A program made the translations under genes and the position numbers. Shown one piece after another: positions 45,694 through 55,968 of a stretch of DNA of 59,578 bases (within the stretch, counting starts at the first letter, position 1; each line of letters opens with the position of its first letter). The notes under the pieces are model-generated. The model did not search any database and was not told the DNA's origin. It saw nothing but the letters and a program-made list of their open reading frames with translations. The stretch lies in the NCBI RefSeq assembly GCF_003334255.1, contig NZ_QOWU01000030.1. The stretch is one strand, 5' to 3'. This stretch comes from Escherichia coli (GTDB lineage: Bacteria; Pseudomonadota; Gammaproteobacteria; Enterobacterales; Enterobacteriaceae).

Positions 45694-46144
45694 AACAAAA
45701 GCGCTGCTGATTGCAGCCCTGCTGTTACCGGCAATGGCGGTGGCCGGCAACGAAAATGACGCGCCGCAGAACAAACAACTGCAGATTGAGCAGATTCAGG
45801 AAGAAACCGCCCTGTATGAAGCGATGCTGGCAAGAGAAAAAATTCGTCATGAATTGCGGACACTGGAACAGGGTATCTCCCCGGTTTCCGGTTCTGTCAC
45901 GGGACATCAGCCGGAAAATGCGGCTGGCACCTCCTCCGGTTCACAGGCATTATCATCCCCCCGTCTGAAAGAAATCTTTGGTATTCAGCCACAGCTTTCA
46001 GCACGCGTCATACTCCCCGGAGGAACTGAAACTGATGTCAGGGCCGGACAGGCATTACCCGGCACGCTGTTCATGGTGGAACAAATCACACCGGAAAGTG
46101 TGATTCTGGAATACAACGGCAACAAGCAGACGCTACGCCCGTGA
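45683..46144 (+). CDS. pilP: PilP-like periplasmic protein, 153 aa
   Basis: Start MHDKTKALLIAALLLPAMAVA overlapping pilO stop by 11 nt; track ORF over-extended. Confidence 0.55.
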   Translation: MHDKTKALLIAALLLPAMAVAGNENDAPQNKQLQIEQIQEETALYEAMLAREKIRHELRTLEQGISPVSGSVTGHQPENAAGTSSGSQALSSPRLKEIFGIQPQLSARVILPGGTETDVRAGQALPGTLFMVEQITPESVILEYNGNKQTLRP

Positions 46145-46153
46145 GGTGCCATC

Positions 46154-47674
46154 ATGCCAGAGACTATCGTACTGCCTCCTGAAGATATTCGTGATTTCGT
46201 CGCAATTCAGCATGACGCTGACGGAAAAATCAGGGTGAAAGTCGTCGAAGCGAAGAAGCACATCACCTCTGTACAACGTTACCTGACGCTCTTACGCTCC
46301 CGCTATCCGGAAAAAATCAGCAAATTCGATTTTACCACTCTTGACGTTATCGCAGCCCTGAACAGCAATAATACGGAACGTGCACCGGGCGTTTTATCCG
46401 ACGGAGGGATCAACACAGTACAAAGAAAAGTTCTTGATTACATCAGAAAAGCCGCTCAACTGAATGCCTCAGATCTGCATATCACACCAGGACGCGACAA
46501 CACGGACTTCACCTATGTGGAAGCCCGGGTTCACGGCGAACTGGAAGTGCTCGATATCCTCCGGAAAGAAGAAGGCCTCGAATTACTGGGGGCCACCTAT
46601 TCCGGCATGACCGACGTCATCAAGGGCACACAGTTTGATCCCGGGGTGCCTCAGGATGCGCGTCTTTCAGAACAGTACCTGAAACTGGCAGGTCTGTTTG
46701 GTGCACGCTACTCCCACTACCCCTGTGTGGGCGGTCTCTATGCCGTGCTCCGGCTGATCAAGGATGACAGCCAGCAAATCCCGACCTTCAGTATGCTGGG
46801 CTACCACCCTGAGCAGGAGCGCACCCTGCGACGTATTCTGCAACGTCCTGAAGGCATTATCACACTCTCAGGCCCCACCGGCTCAGGAAAATCCACCACG
46901 CTGAGAACCGCCTCTGCGGCATACCTTGAACAGTACGGCTTCAACAACACCGGCGGTATTCTTCTTCCCCGTCGCAGGCTGTTCACCATTGAATCCCCAC
47001 CGGAAGGGCGTATTCCCGGTGCCATTCAGACCGCCGTCATGGATACCGCGCAGGGCTGGGTGGACTCCATCAAATCAGCGTTGCGTCTTGATCCTGACGG
47101 GATCCTGAACGGTGAAATCCGCGACCACGATTCCGCTATTACGGCGATAAAAGCCGCCATGACCGGGCATCTGATGCTGACCACCATCCATGCGAACGAC
47201 CCGATTAATATCCTCGAACGCCTTGAGATGGAAGGCGTTCAGACTAGGATGATCGCCGACCCACAGTTGTTCATCGGCCTGCTGAGCCAGCGTCTGGTTC
47301 AGCTGATATGTCCGCACTGCCGTCGCCCCTGGCATGAGGTGGCCACCGGACGCACGGATGATGAACGGCACCTAGTGGAAGGCTTCTGTAACCCGGACCA
47401 GGTGTATCTGAGAAATCATGAAGGCTGCCCACACTGCTGGCGTGGCGTGACGGGGCGAACGGTTATCGCAGAAGTCATCTCCCCGGATGCCCGTTTTTTC
47501 CAGTTGTACCGGGAAAAGGGCCGTATTGAGGCTAAAACCTACTGGCACAGAGAACTGGGCGGAATGACCCGAAATCAGCATCTCCAGGGAAAAATCAACA
47601 GCGGACAGGTTGATCCGCTAGCGGCCCATTACATCTCTCCCATCGACGAGGACAGCTATACGCTGTTGCACTGA
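46154..47674 (+). CDS. pilQ: Type IV pilus assembly ATPase (GspE/PilB family), 506 aa
   Basis: Walker A LSGPTGSGKSTTL, Asp box, His box (TIHANDP), tetracysteine motif (CPHC…CPHC). Confidence 0.85.
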   Translation: MPETIVLPPEDIRDFVAIQHDADGKIRVKVVEAKKHITSVQRYLTLLRSRYPEKISKFDFTTLDVIAALNSNNTERAPGVLSDGGINTVQRKVLDYIRKAAQLNASDLHITPGRDNTDFTYVEARVHGELEVLDILRKEEGLELLGATYSGMTDVIKGTQFDPGVPQDARLSEQYLKLAGLFGARYSHYPCVGGLYAVLRLIKDDSQQIPTFSMLGYHPEQERTLRRILQRPEGIITLSGPTGSGKSTTLRTASAAYLEQYGFNNTGGILLPRRRLFTIESPPEGRIPGAIQTAVMDTAQGWVDSIKSALRLDPDGILNGEIRDHDSAITAIKAAMTGHLMLTTIHANDPINILERLEMEGVQTRMIADPQLFIGLLSQRLVQLICPHCRRPWHEVATGRTDDERHLVEGFCNPDQVYLRNHEGCPHCWRGVTGRTVIAEVISPDARFFQLYREKGRIEAKTYWHRELGGMTRNQHLQGKINSGQVDPLAAHYISPIDEDSYTLLH

Positions 47675-47675
47675 C

Positions 47676-48776
47676 ATGAGATTTCTGGAAAAACTCAACA
47701 ACACCGACATTGAGCTGACAGCACTGACCGTCTGGATAGCCAGAAAAATCTTTGCCCTGAACCGGGTGGAGTTCTACGAATCCCTGGGCGGCATGATACG
47801 TGACGGGACCCCGTCACTGCGTGCACTCGAATTTCTCTGCAATGTCGAAACTGACTTCGGAACCCGGAAAGGGACATCAGGCATGTATTTTCTGGCGAAG
47901 GAATGCATCGCGTCCATTAAATCCAGCGGCATGTTATCCGGTGCTCTGCCCACCTGGGTGCCGCCGGAAGAAGCCACGCTCATTCGGAACGGGGAAGAGC
48001 GCGGGAATATTGCCGACGCGCTTTTCCAGGTGGCCAGAACCGTTAAGGCACGGCGGGAAATGACATCCAGCCTCATTGCCGTCTGCCTCTACCCCCTTCT
48101 GCTGCTTTCGCTCTGTGTGGTGAATATGTACAACGCCCATACCCGTATTGTCCCCATCGTCAGTGCGTTTGCTGCAGAAGATAAATGGTCATTCCAGATG
48201 AAAGTGCTGGCTGGCATGTCGGAGTTTTTCATCGGGTACGGATTCTGGCTCTGCGGGGCCAGTTTCACCCTGACTGTTCTGATCCGTTTTTCATTCAGCC
48301 GGTATACCGGCCCCGGCAGGAGGATGCTGGACAGGATTCCCCCCTGGTCACTGTATCAGACCTTACACGGGGTGAATTATCTGTTCAGTATTTCATCCAT
48401 GTTGCAGATCAATATTCCTCTTTCGCAGGCGCTGCTCCGAATGGAAAAAGGGGCAGAAAATAATAAATGGTTAAAGGAGAGAATTCAGGCAATAAGAAAA
48501 CATGTATTATCCGGTCAGAATCTGGCCACGGCAATGCGAAATTCCGGTTACGATTTCCCGTCCAGAATATGTATCAATAAACTGCTCCTGAATTCCGAAA
48601 GGGAGGACAGTGTGGCAGCCATGGCGCTCTATGCCGATCAGTGGCTGGAGGAAGCAAAAAAACGGGTAAAACGAATTGGATTAATTATTACCGGTATATC
48701 AGGAGGTTTTGTCTTCTTTTTTATTCTTAACATGATATCTGCCATCTACAGTATCAGCGACATGCTGAAGCAATAA
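47676..48776 (+). CDS. pilR: Type IV pilus inner-membrane platform protein (GspF/PilC family), 366 aa
   Basis: Polytopic membrane protein directly after the ATPase, 1-nt gap. Confidence 0.75.
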   Translation: MRFLEKLNNTDIELTALTVWIARKIFALNRVEFYESLGGMIRDGTPSLRALEFLCNVETDFGTRKGTSGMYFLAKECIASIKSSGMLSGALPTWVPPEEATLIRNGEERGNIADALFQVARTVKARREMTSSLIAVCLYPLLLLSLCVVNMYNAHTRIVPIVSAFAAEDKWSFQMKVLAGMSEFFIGYGFWLCGASFTLTVLIRFSFSRYTGPGRRMLDRIPPWSLYQTLHGVNYLFSISSMLQINIPLSQALLRMEKGAENNKWLKERIQAIRKHVLSGQNLATAMRNSGYDFPSRICINKLLLNSEREDSVAAMALYADQWLEEAKKRVKRIGLIITGISGGFVFFFILNMISAIYSISDMLKQ

Positions 48777-48827
48777 TCCCCGCCATACAGAATATTTCTT
48801 AAATATCCCATACACCAGGAGTGACAT

Positions 48828-49364
48828 ATGAACTTCAGAGCACGTATTTTTTATTACTTTTCTTTAAAAAAAGAGAAAGAGGAGGATAAAGGTTTAACAT
48901 TACTGGAAATTGCCGGCGCACTAATTATCATCGGTATTGTGGTTGCTCTCGCAATGAGTCAGATGTCCAGCACAATGGCATCCAGTGACAACCAGCGAGA
49001 ACTGAAAAACCTGCAGACCATTGCAACCAAAATGAAGCAGTACAAGTTCCAGGGCAGATATACCGGCACGGATTATATCAAAACCCTGACGGAAAGCGGA
49101 TCCCTGCCGGCTGATATGATTGCCGGAGGCAACAAAGCCAAAAACGCATGGGGAGGCGATGTCACCATTGCAACAACAAGTAATAAATACGGTTATATTA
49201 TAACCAGCAAAGCCGTGCCAAAAGAAAACTGTGTTGAACTGATTAACAGCCTGCGCAGTTCATCCATGTTCACAAAAATCAAAGGCCAGACACCTGCCAG
49301 TGTGGATCCGGTAACTGTATGTTCTGCCGCCACAAACGATATAACGCTCGAAACCAGCAGTTAA
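48828..49364 (+). CDS. pilS: Type IVb major prepilin, 178 aa
   Basis: Long leader then …KGLTLLEIAGALIIIGIVVALA (pilin processing motif, Glu+5); AGGAG SD. Confidence 0.75.
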   Translation: MNFRARIFYYFSLKKEKEEDKGLTLLEIAGALIIIGIVVALAMSQMSSTMASSDNQRELKNLQTIATKMKQYKFQGRYTGTDYIKTLTESGSLPADMIAGGNKAKNAWGGDVTIATTSNKYGYIITSKAVPKENCVELINSLRSSSMFTKIKGQTPASVDPVTVCSAATNDITLETSS

Positions 49365-49376
49365 TATCCTGACACA

Positions 49377-49399
49377 GCGCCCCCCCCGGGGCGCTTTTT
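49377..49399 (+). terminator. Intra-operon intrinsic terminator after major pilin gene
   Basis: gcgcccc/ggggcgc stem, cccc loop, ttttt tail, 13 nt after pilS stop. Confidence 0.6.
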
Positions 49400-49414
49400 C
49401 CGGAGCACATCCGC

Positions 49415-49897
49415 ATGAAATGGTTATTTCTTTCTGTCGTGATTTTTCCGTTATCTTTCACCCTTCCGGCTGAAGCTACCGCCACAAACACATTACTGGA
49501 CAGTTGCTTTATTCAGGCCGGGAAACGCTATCTGATTGCCCCTGAGCTTCTTAAAACCATTGCACAGCAGGAAAGCAGCCTGGTCGCCACCGCGATAAAT
49601 CACAATAAAAACAAATCCGGAAAAATCATCAGTACGGATTACGGGATTATGCAGATTAATTCAGTACATATTCCTGAGCTGAAAAAACTGGGGGTCATTA
49701 AAGATAAAAATGAACTGCTTAATAATCCCTGCCTGAATATTCAGACCGGTGCCTGGATACTGGCCCGCCATTTTCAACGCTGCGGCGTTAACTGGGAATG
49801 CCTTGGCAGCTATAACGCCGGATTCAGCAAAAATAACACAGCCCGGCGCATGATATATGCCCGAAAAATCCACAACCGGTATTTCAGAAAAGATTAA
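49415..49897 (+). CDS. pilT: Soluble lytic transglycosylase-domain protein, 160 aa
   Basis: Signal peptide; SLT motifs (…IAQQESSL…, …YGIMQINSVH…). Confidence 0.8.
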   Translation: MKWLFLSVVIFPLSFTLPAEATATNTLLDSCFIQAGKRYLIAPELLKTIAQQESSLVATAINHNKNKSGKIISTDYGIMQINSVHIPELKKLGVIKDKNELLNNPCLNIQTGAWILARHFQRCGVNWECLGSYNAGFSKNNTARRMIYARKIHNRYFRKD

Positions 49898-49907
49898 TTA
49901 ATACGAG

Positions 49908-50564
49908 GTGACGGTGAGCGCATTACTGAGCATGGCAATAATAATCATCATCCTGGCGGTTATTCTTTATCTTGCATACAGCACCGCCGCCATCTATCTG
50001 TCAGCAGTACACGACACCCGGCCACCAAAGCCGGTGGTGTACATATGTTGTCTTCTGGCCATAGTGAGTGTCAGTCTCAACGGCGCATATGGTGTTGAGG
50101 CCACGGGGCTGTTATTCCTTTCCATTCTGACGGGATTATTAACTGTAATGACGCTGACGGATATTGCTGTCTGTCGGCTTCCCCGGATATTCACGCTTTC
50201 TCTTATTATTCTGGGCGCAGCGTTCAGATACAGCCAGGACTCACTGACTCATGCCCTGCTCAACGCGTCACTGTGGTTCGGCATGATATACCTGTTACGA
50301 CGCATTTTTCTGGCAGCGAAAGGGACGGAAGCGCTCGGCCTTGGTGATGTGTTCCTGATTGCGGGGATCGCAATGTGGACGCAACCGCAACACACTCCAC
50401 TGATAATCACCGCCGCAGCCTCCGGAGCATTTCTGTTTATCCTCATTTTCTGCCGTCGCAGATGCCAGTTAGCGCTGCCGTTTGCCCCGTTTCTCTGCGC
50501 GTCCCTGTATGTGCTGACCCTCTTCCCTGATTCCGTTATCCACACATCGGAGATATTCACGTGA
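49908..50564 (+). CDS. pilU: Prepilin peptidase (A24 family), 218 aa
   Basis: Polytopic membrane protein with LGLGDVFLIAG motif; start codon uncertain (GTG 49908 / GTG 49914 / ATG 49932). Confidence 0.7.
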   Translation: MTVSALLSMAIIIIILAVILYLAYSTAAIYLSAVHDTRPPKPVVYICCLLAIVSVSLNGAYGVEATGLLFLSILTGLLTVMTLTDIAVCRLPRIFTLSLIILGAAFRYSQDSLTHALLNASLWFGMIYLLRRIFLAAKGTEALGLGDVFLIAGIAMWTQPQHTPLIITAAASGAFLFILIFCRRRCQLALPFAPFLCASLYVLTLFPDSVIHTSEIFT

Positions 50565-51850
50565 AAAAATTCAGACACGATGACGATAAAGGTTTTATTC
50601 TGCTTGAGGTTCTGGCGGGACTGATAGTGATTGGTATTGCCACACCAATGATTTATTCAGAAATTGAAGACTGGCTGAATGAACAACTTTATCAAAGTGC
50701 GGCTTTACATGCTGATGAATATAATAATGCAATAAAAAATTATGTGGCTGATAAAACCAGCTCACTCTCCAGTAAAACTATCACGGTAAATGAATTAATT
50801 CAGCAGGGATATCTGAACAACGGTTTTTCCCGCTCCCCCTTTGGACAAAGCTATATTACCGGTATCAGAAAAAATAATTTATCCGGTCGTCTGGAAGCAC
50901 TTACCTGCACAACCGGAGGACAGGATATTAAAGAAGATGGGTTACGTCGCATAGCGGGCCAGATTAATGGACTCGGTGGTTTTATGCTCCAGAATAATTC
51001 CGTTACAGGTTCCTTTGGCGGCTGGACCGATCTGGGAAGTAATTATCAGATTACCTGCAACAAGGGGCATATCGCCATGCGAATGGCAGGAAAAGATCTG
51101 GAGGAAAGCGATCGGCTGTACCGCTACAGCGTTCCGGGAAGACCCGATTTAAACAGAATGCATACTGGCATTGATATGAATAATAACAGCATCACCAATA
51201 TCAATGAAGCCAGTGGTAAAAACGCCAGATTTTCAGGCGATGTCACATCAAATCGTTGGTTACATCCAAATGGTGGCGGCTTCACCATGACGGACAGCCA
51301 GTGGATACGTGCTGTTAACAACAAAGGGATCACAACCGAAGGAGAGCTCAAAGGAGGAAAAGTCAGTGGTGGAACTGTCCGGTCTGAGGGGCGTCTTTCC
51401 ACGGGTGAGTATTTACAGCTGGATAAAACAGCTACTGCAGACACTTTCTGCTCACCAGACGGACTTGTAGGCCGCGACAGCAAAGGAGCAATACTTTCGT
51501 GCCAATCCGGTGCCTGGCGAACGATTGGTGCGCCTGACGGAAGTTACAGCAATTTGGGTTCTCACAGGGGAACATTTAACGGGAGAAATAACGGCAGAGG
51601 AACTTTGTTTGTGTACGCTTCCGGTGGAAATAGTGCCGGTGGCGGTGATTGCGCCAACACATCAAATCTTCAGGGCTATGTGAACGGCGCTTTCATTGGT
51701 ATGAATGCCAGCAATAACCCCTCCTACGGAAAGACGGCATTTATTTCATTTGCCGTGCCAGTGGGAGCGTCATATCAAATCATCTCCAGACCAACACAAA
51801 ATTACGCCTGTGGTAACGGTGTTTTCTCTTTGTATGCCTATCAGATGTGA
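50561..51850 (+). CDS. pilV: Minor pilin/adhesin PilV with shufflon-encoded C-terminus (current isoform), 429 aa
   Basis: Prepilin N-terminus …KGFILLEVLAGLIVIG; GTG start overlapping pilU stop; sfx repeat in frame as S-C-Q-S-G-A-W at 51499-51517. Confidence 0.75.
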   Translation: MKKFRHDDDKGFILLEVLAGLIVIGIATPMIYSEIEDWLNEQLYQSAALHADEYNNAIKNYVADKTSSLSSKTITVNELIQQGYLNNGFSRSPFGQSYITGIRKNNLSGRLEALTCTTGGQDIKEDGLRRIAGQINGLGGFMLQNNSVTGSFGGWTDLGSNYQITCNKGHIAMRMAGKDLEESDRLYRYSVPGRPDLNRMHTGIDMNNNSITNINEASGKNARFSGDVTSNRWLHPNGGGFTMTDSQWIRAVNNKGITTEGELKGGKVSGGTVRSEGRLSTGEYLQLDKTATADTFCSPDGLVGRDSKGAILSCQSGAWRTIGAPDGSYSNLGSHRGTFNGRNNGRGTLFVYASGGNSAGGGDCANTSNLQGYVNGAFIGMNASNNPSYGKTAFISFAVPVGASYQIISRPTQNYACGNGVFSLYAYQM

Positions 51851-52822
51851 GTCCCTAGCTGGCTTTAACAATGTAGTTAAATGCAATGTTTTTGGGACGC
51901 ATTTCTGTGGTACTCCCCTGTGCCCAGTATGGCATACCACTATGATGCCCTTTCAGCCATCCGCCACGTTCGTGATAGACGCCTGATTGATCGGCCTGAT
52001 AACTCAGGAGCTGTCTGTTCTGATCACCATCAAGTCCCTTCCCGTTATCCCAGCCACGGATAAAAACACCGCGCAGATCGGGCAATTTACAGCCAGGATA
52101 AGCACGGGCAAGCTGAGGATACCGGGAACAGGAAAACGACTGGCCGTCCATCAACAGATAGCCTTGTGGAGGAGTGGCAGATGGCCACGGGATAGGGCTT
52201 CCCACAGGGTAGGATTCAAAGCCACCCCACACACCGGATTGGCACTGGCCTCCGTGCCAATCCGGTTCGTGGAAAAATGCAGGAAAAGGCGATATTGAAA
52301 TCGTCAAAGTAACAGCATCAAAACTCCGCTGGCCTGGTGCTACTGCCACCTGCCCAATGGGTAAGAAGGTGATCGGGGGTGGTGCAGAATGCAGCTCTGG
52401 AATTGGCTTTATCTGGCTTGTCCGTTCAATACCTGTAAACAATAATGCCTGGTATGGCTATTGCGATACGACAGAACACATCATTGGAAAAATAACTGTA
52501 CATGCCATTTGCCAATGACAAAGTGATTTACTGGCAAACCACAATGTAACTACATTTCCCCGTCAGGTCGTTCCTGTTTGTACCGCCGTGAAAATTGTAT
52601 TCATCGTAGTAACCACACTTCACAATCCTGTTCGAATCATATGTCGCAACAGAACCTGCGAAGTAATTTGGCTTCCAGCCATGCGGGTTCTCAGCATTGC
52701 TGACGCTCCAGGTACACTGGCTGGCAGAAAAACCAGACGGCAAAGGTAGTCGTTCTCCATTCGCGATTTTTCCTGTCAGAACAGTGCTACCTGATACCCT
52801 AATCCACGAACCGGATTGGCAC
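51499..52822. other. Shufflon: two invertible segments bounded by four 19-bp sfx repeats, four alternative pilV 3' exons
   Basis: sfx1 51499-51517 gtgccaatccggtgcctgg (+); sfx2 52227-52245 (-, rc gtgccaatccggtgtgtgg); sfx3 52254-52272 gtgccaatccggttcgtgg (+); sfx4 52804-52822 (-); open frames continue in-frame from each repeat: A 51518-51850 (+), A' 51855-52226 (-), B 52273-52518 (+), B' 52528-52803 (-). Confidence 0.8.
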
Positions 52823-52884
52823 GGCGATATTGCATTTCCGTTTCACTATTCCTACCTTCCCCGTTTTTATCGTGGAAGGCCGAT

Positions 52885-54054
52885 ATGTTTCGAAAAATCA
52901 AAATTCGCAAAATGACTCTCAACCGGGCGCTGGACAAATACCTGAAAACCGTTTCCGTCCATAAAAAAGGTCATCTGCAGGAGTTTTATCGCGTCAATGT
53001 GATTAAACGTCACCCTATGGCCGATCGCTATATGGATGAAATCACGACCGTTGATATCGCCGGTTACCGGGATCAGCGTTTGGCTCAAATTAACCCACGA
53101 ACAGGGCGTCAAATCACCGGAAATACCGTCCGTCTTGAACTTGCCCTTTTATCATCATTATTCAATATCGCCCGTGTGGAATGGGGAACATGCCGTATGA
53201 ATCCTGTTGAACTGGTCCGAAAACCGAAAATCAGTAATGGCCGCGACCGCCGACTGACTTCTGGTGAAGAACGCCGCCTTTCCCGCTATTTCAGGGACAA
53301 AAATCCGCAGCTCTACGTTATCTTCCATCTGGCTCTGGAAACAGCAATGCGCCAGGGAGAAATTCTCTCATTACGCTGGGAACACCTCGATTTGCAGCAC
53401 GGCGTGGCGCATCTTCCTGAAACGAAAAATGGCTCACCACGCGACGTACCACTCTCCCGGAAAGCACGTAACTACCTGCAAATTCTGCCACAACAGATAA
53501 ACGGCAATGTGTTCAGTTACACCTCGTCCGGTTTCAAAAGCGCCTGGCGTACCGCTCTTCTGGATCTGAAAATAGAAAATCTGCATTTTCACGATCTCCG
53601 CCATGAGGCCATCAGCCGTCTGTTCGAGCTCGGCACACTGAACGTTATGGAGATTGCAGCCATTTCCGGTCACCGCTCCCTGAACATGTTGAAACGGTAC
53701 ACACATCTCCGGGCATATCACCTGGTCAGTAAACTCGATGCAAGGCGTAAACAGACCAGCAAAATTTCCCCTTATTTTGTTCCCTACCCAGCAACTGTCA
53801 GAAACAGAAACGGAGTGTTCATTGTGACACTGCACGATTTCGACCTTGAAAGCCGTGCTGACACCCGGGAACTGGCAATATCTCACGCCAGCGTATTGTT
53901 GCTGCGCGCACTGGCCCAGGCTGCTCAGCGGGGTGAACGCGTCCCCACACCAGGCGAGCTACCCGCAAACATTGATGAACGGGTCATGATTTGTCCGTTA
54001 ACAAACAGCCAGTTCATGACAAAAGCGAACAGTATTTTCATATCCTCCTCCTGA
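52885..54054 (+). CDS. rci: Shufflon-specific tyrosine recombinase (Rci-like), 389 aa
   Basis: Motifs [10 protein letters not shown] and [13 protein letters not shown]; GGAAGG SD; immediately downstream of sfx4. Confidence 0.8.
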   Translation: MFRKIKIRKMTLNRALDKYLKTVSVHKKGHLQEFYRVNVIKRHPMADRYMDEITTVDIAGYRDQRLAQINPRTGRQITGNTVRLELALLSSLFNIARVEWGTCRMNPVELVRKPKISNGRDRRLTSGEERRLSRYFRDKNPQLYVIFHLALETAMRQGEILSLRWEHLDLQHGVAHLPETKNGSPRDVPLSRKARNYLQILPQQINGNVFSYTSSGFKSAWRTALLDLKIENLHFHDLRHEAISRLFELGTLNVMEIAAISGHRSLNMLKRYTHLRAYHLVSKLDARRKQTSKISPYFVPYPATVRNRNGVFIVTLHDFDLESRADTRELAISHASVLLLRALAQAAQRGERVPTPGELPANIDERVMICPLTNSQFMTKANSIFISSS

Positions 54055-54083
54055 ACAAATAATTTTTGTTCAAAATTAACGCT

Positions 54084-54386
54084 ATGAGACCCTTTATGAA
54101 ACACTTATCCTCCCGTGCAGCCACTGCGGATAATAATCGTATCGTTACAATTGAAGACGTTTACACAATCGCATTCTCGCAACCAATTCACACCGAATCA
54201 GCGTTGGGGCAAAGGTGGATGTTGATCCATACTGGTGAATATGAAAGTGCCAGCGATGCAAAACGCTTCCTTGATACGCTCGTCACCGGGCACTGTGCTT
54301 GCATGGTAACACCATCACCTGTTCTGGATCATGACACCTGGCTGCGTATCCGCCTGCTGATGGGCGAGATAAGGGATGCCAAATAA
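54084..54386 (+). CDS. Hypothetical protein, about 100 aa
   Basis: ORF only; start uncertain (TTG 54066 or ATG 54084). Confidence 0.35.
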   Translation: MRPFMKHLSSRAATADNNRIVTIEDVYTIAFSQPIHTESALGQRWMLIHTGEYESASDAKRFLDTLVTGHCACMVTPSPVLDHDTWLRIRLLMGEIRDAK

Positions 54387-54477
54387 ACATTCATGGCCCC
54401 AACGCATAAAAATAACGACGGGGACTCTGGCAGTGGTACCATTCTTTTTACATAGAGCCAATATATAAACAACTTTT

Positions 54478-54798
54478 CTATGATAATATCTTTATCATGT
54501 TATAAATAATTGTCCCCTCAGCAGAAAGGGCCCAAATAGAAAAAGCAAAAATCCTTATAAAAATATTCTTTACAAGCGTTCCTATATACAAACAAACTAT
54601 ATAAACCAGCCAGAACAGAATGACTGCAAAAGAAACACACACGGCCCCCATAAAAATAAATGTCATCGAATCCCATGGTTTCACCAGTACAACCGGAACC
54701 ATGGCTGCCAGAACAATAAGAGCAGCATTACCCAACAGCGTCTCTCGAATAATATCCCTTATAATCTCCAGTTTTTCTTTATGCTGTTTAATTTTCAT
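54478..54798 (-). CDS. Hypothetical small membrane protein, 106 aa
   Basis: Two predicted TM helices; in an AT-rich stretch. Confidence 0.4.
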   Translation of the reverse strand: MKIKQHKEKLEIIRDIIRETLLGNAALIVLAAMVPVVLVKPWDSMTFIFMGAVCVSFAVILFWLVYIVCLYIGTLVKNIFIRIFAFSIWALSAEGTIIYNMIKILS

Positions 54799-55057
54799 AT
54801 GAACCTCATTGATTTCATCCCGAAAAGGAAAAGATTATATAACGAAATACTTTCAATCTCCTGACTCCGTCTGCTCTGCAGCATAATGCCAGACCAGCGG
54901 CATGCTAAATCACGTCCTGTCCGAATCCTTTTCATTCACGCTTAAAACAGAGTTAAAAGCACTCTTGAAACACACTCGATCATAACGATCGAAATAACTC
55001 GTTTCCGTTCAGTAAACACGCTCTTTAGACTTAACATATGAACCGCACGGAGGTGAA

Positions 55058-55879
55058 ATGAAACCCAACAGCACAGGCATTGCTGCCCGCATGATGCTCT
55101 CCATTGACAGGGTCCGGATTTGCGAAGCTCTGCTCAATAACCGCCAGTTGCAGTCCACTCCTCTGCAGATCCGTTATCCGCAGGGTGTCAGAGAAGCACT
55201 CGGAATAATGAGCGAGCAACTCTCCCTTTCTGTATCCGACCTGACGCGTATCCTGGTCGAAGATGCATTAACTGAAATGTTTCTCCCGGCTGAAAACATC
55301 GTTCACCGTCTTATCTGCCGGACAGAACACATCATGCAGGCACATGATGTCTGCGTAACAACGATGACAACGTTACTGGCTCCCTGGAATATCCGTCCTG
55401 CCGTTTTCCGTGACCCGGACAAACTCGCAGATTATCTGACAGGAGAGATTCTGACTGCTCTGGCTGACTGGTTTTATCTCAACCCGGAATGGCTGAACGG
55501 CAGGGTACGTTATCCTTTAAGCCGTGCCGGTGAGTGGCCAGCAACACAGGATGCGTTCTGCCAGCTTATTTCAGCCAGCGATAATGTGGATATTATTATC
55601 TGGCACAGTTTTCCTTTTGCCGGTGTTCATTCACAGGAATATTGCGGTGTACTGTTCCGCAAGAAAAAAGAAATTAATAAAGCCATCATTTATCCTGTAC
55701 TTTCTTTATCACCTGTAAGAATGAATAAGGAAAAAGAAAACTGGTTTCACACTGCCCGCAATTTATATGCAAAGACATCCGTCCGGACCGTAACGCTTCG
55801 TCCGGCACAGGCAGAATATCTGATGATAGGAAAAATATTACCTGCTGAGTTATTCAGTATACCGTTATTACCCTGGTAA
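55058..55879 (+). CDS. Hypothetical protein, 273 aa
   Basis: GGAGG SD 7 nt upstream; no recognisable catalytic motif. Confidence 0.5.
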   Translation: MKPNSTGIAARMMLSIDRVRICEALLNNRQLQSTPLQIRYPQGVREALGIMSEQLSLSVSDLTRILVEDALTEMFLPAENIVHRLICRTEHIMQAHDVCVTTMTTLLAPWNIRPAVFRDPDKLADYLTGEILTALADWFYLNPEWLNGRVRYPLSRAGEWPATQDAFCQLISASDNVDIIIWHSFPFAGVHSQEYCGVLFRKKKEINKAIIYPVLSLSPVRMNKEKENWFHTARNLYAKTSVRTVTLRPAQAEYLMIGKILPAELFSIPLLPW

Positions 55880-55968
55880 TAACGCAGAGAAAAAACCAGT
55901 AAATTTTTAATGGCACAGTCGTGTCATACCGTTGCTGTACCCAAAACACCTCAAACCAGGAAACTGAA

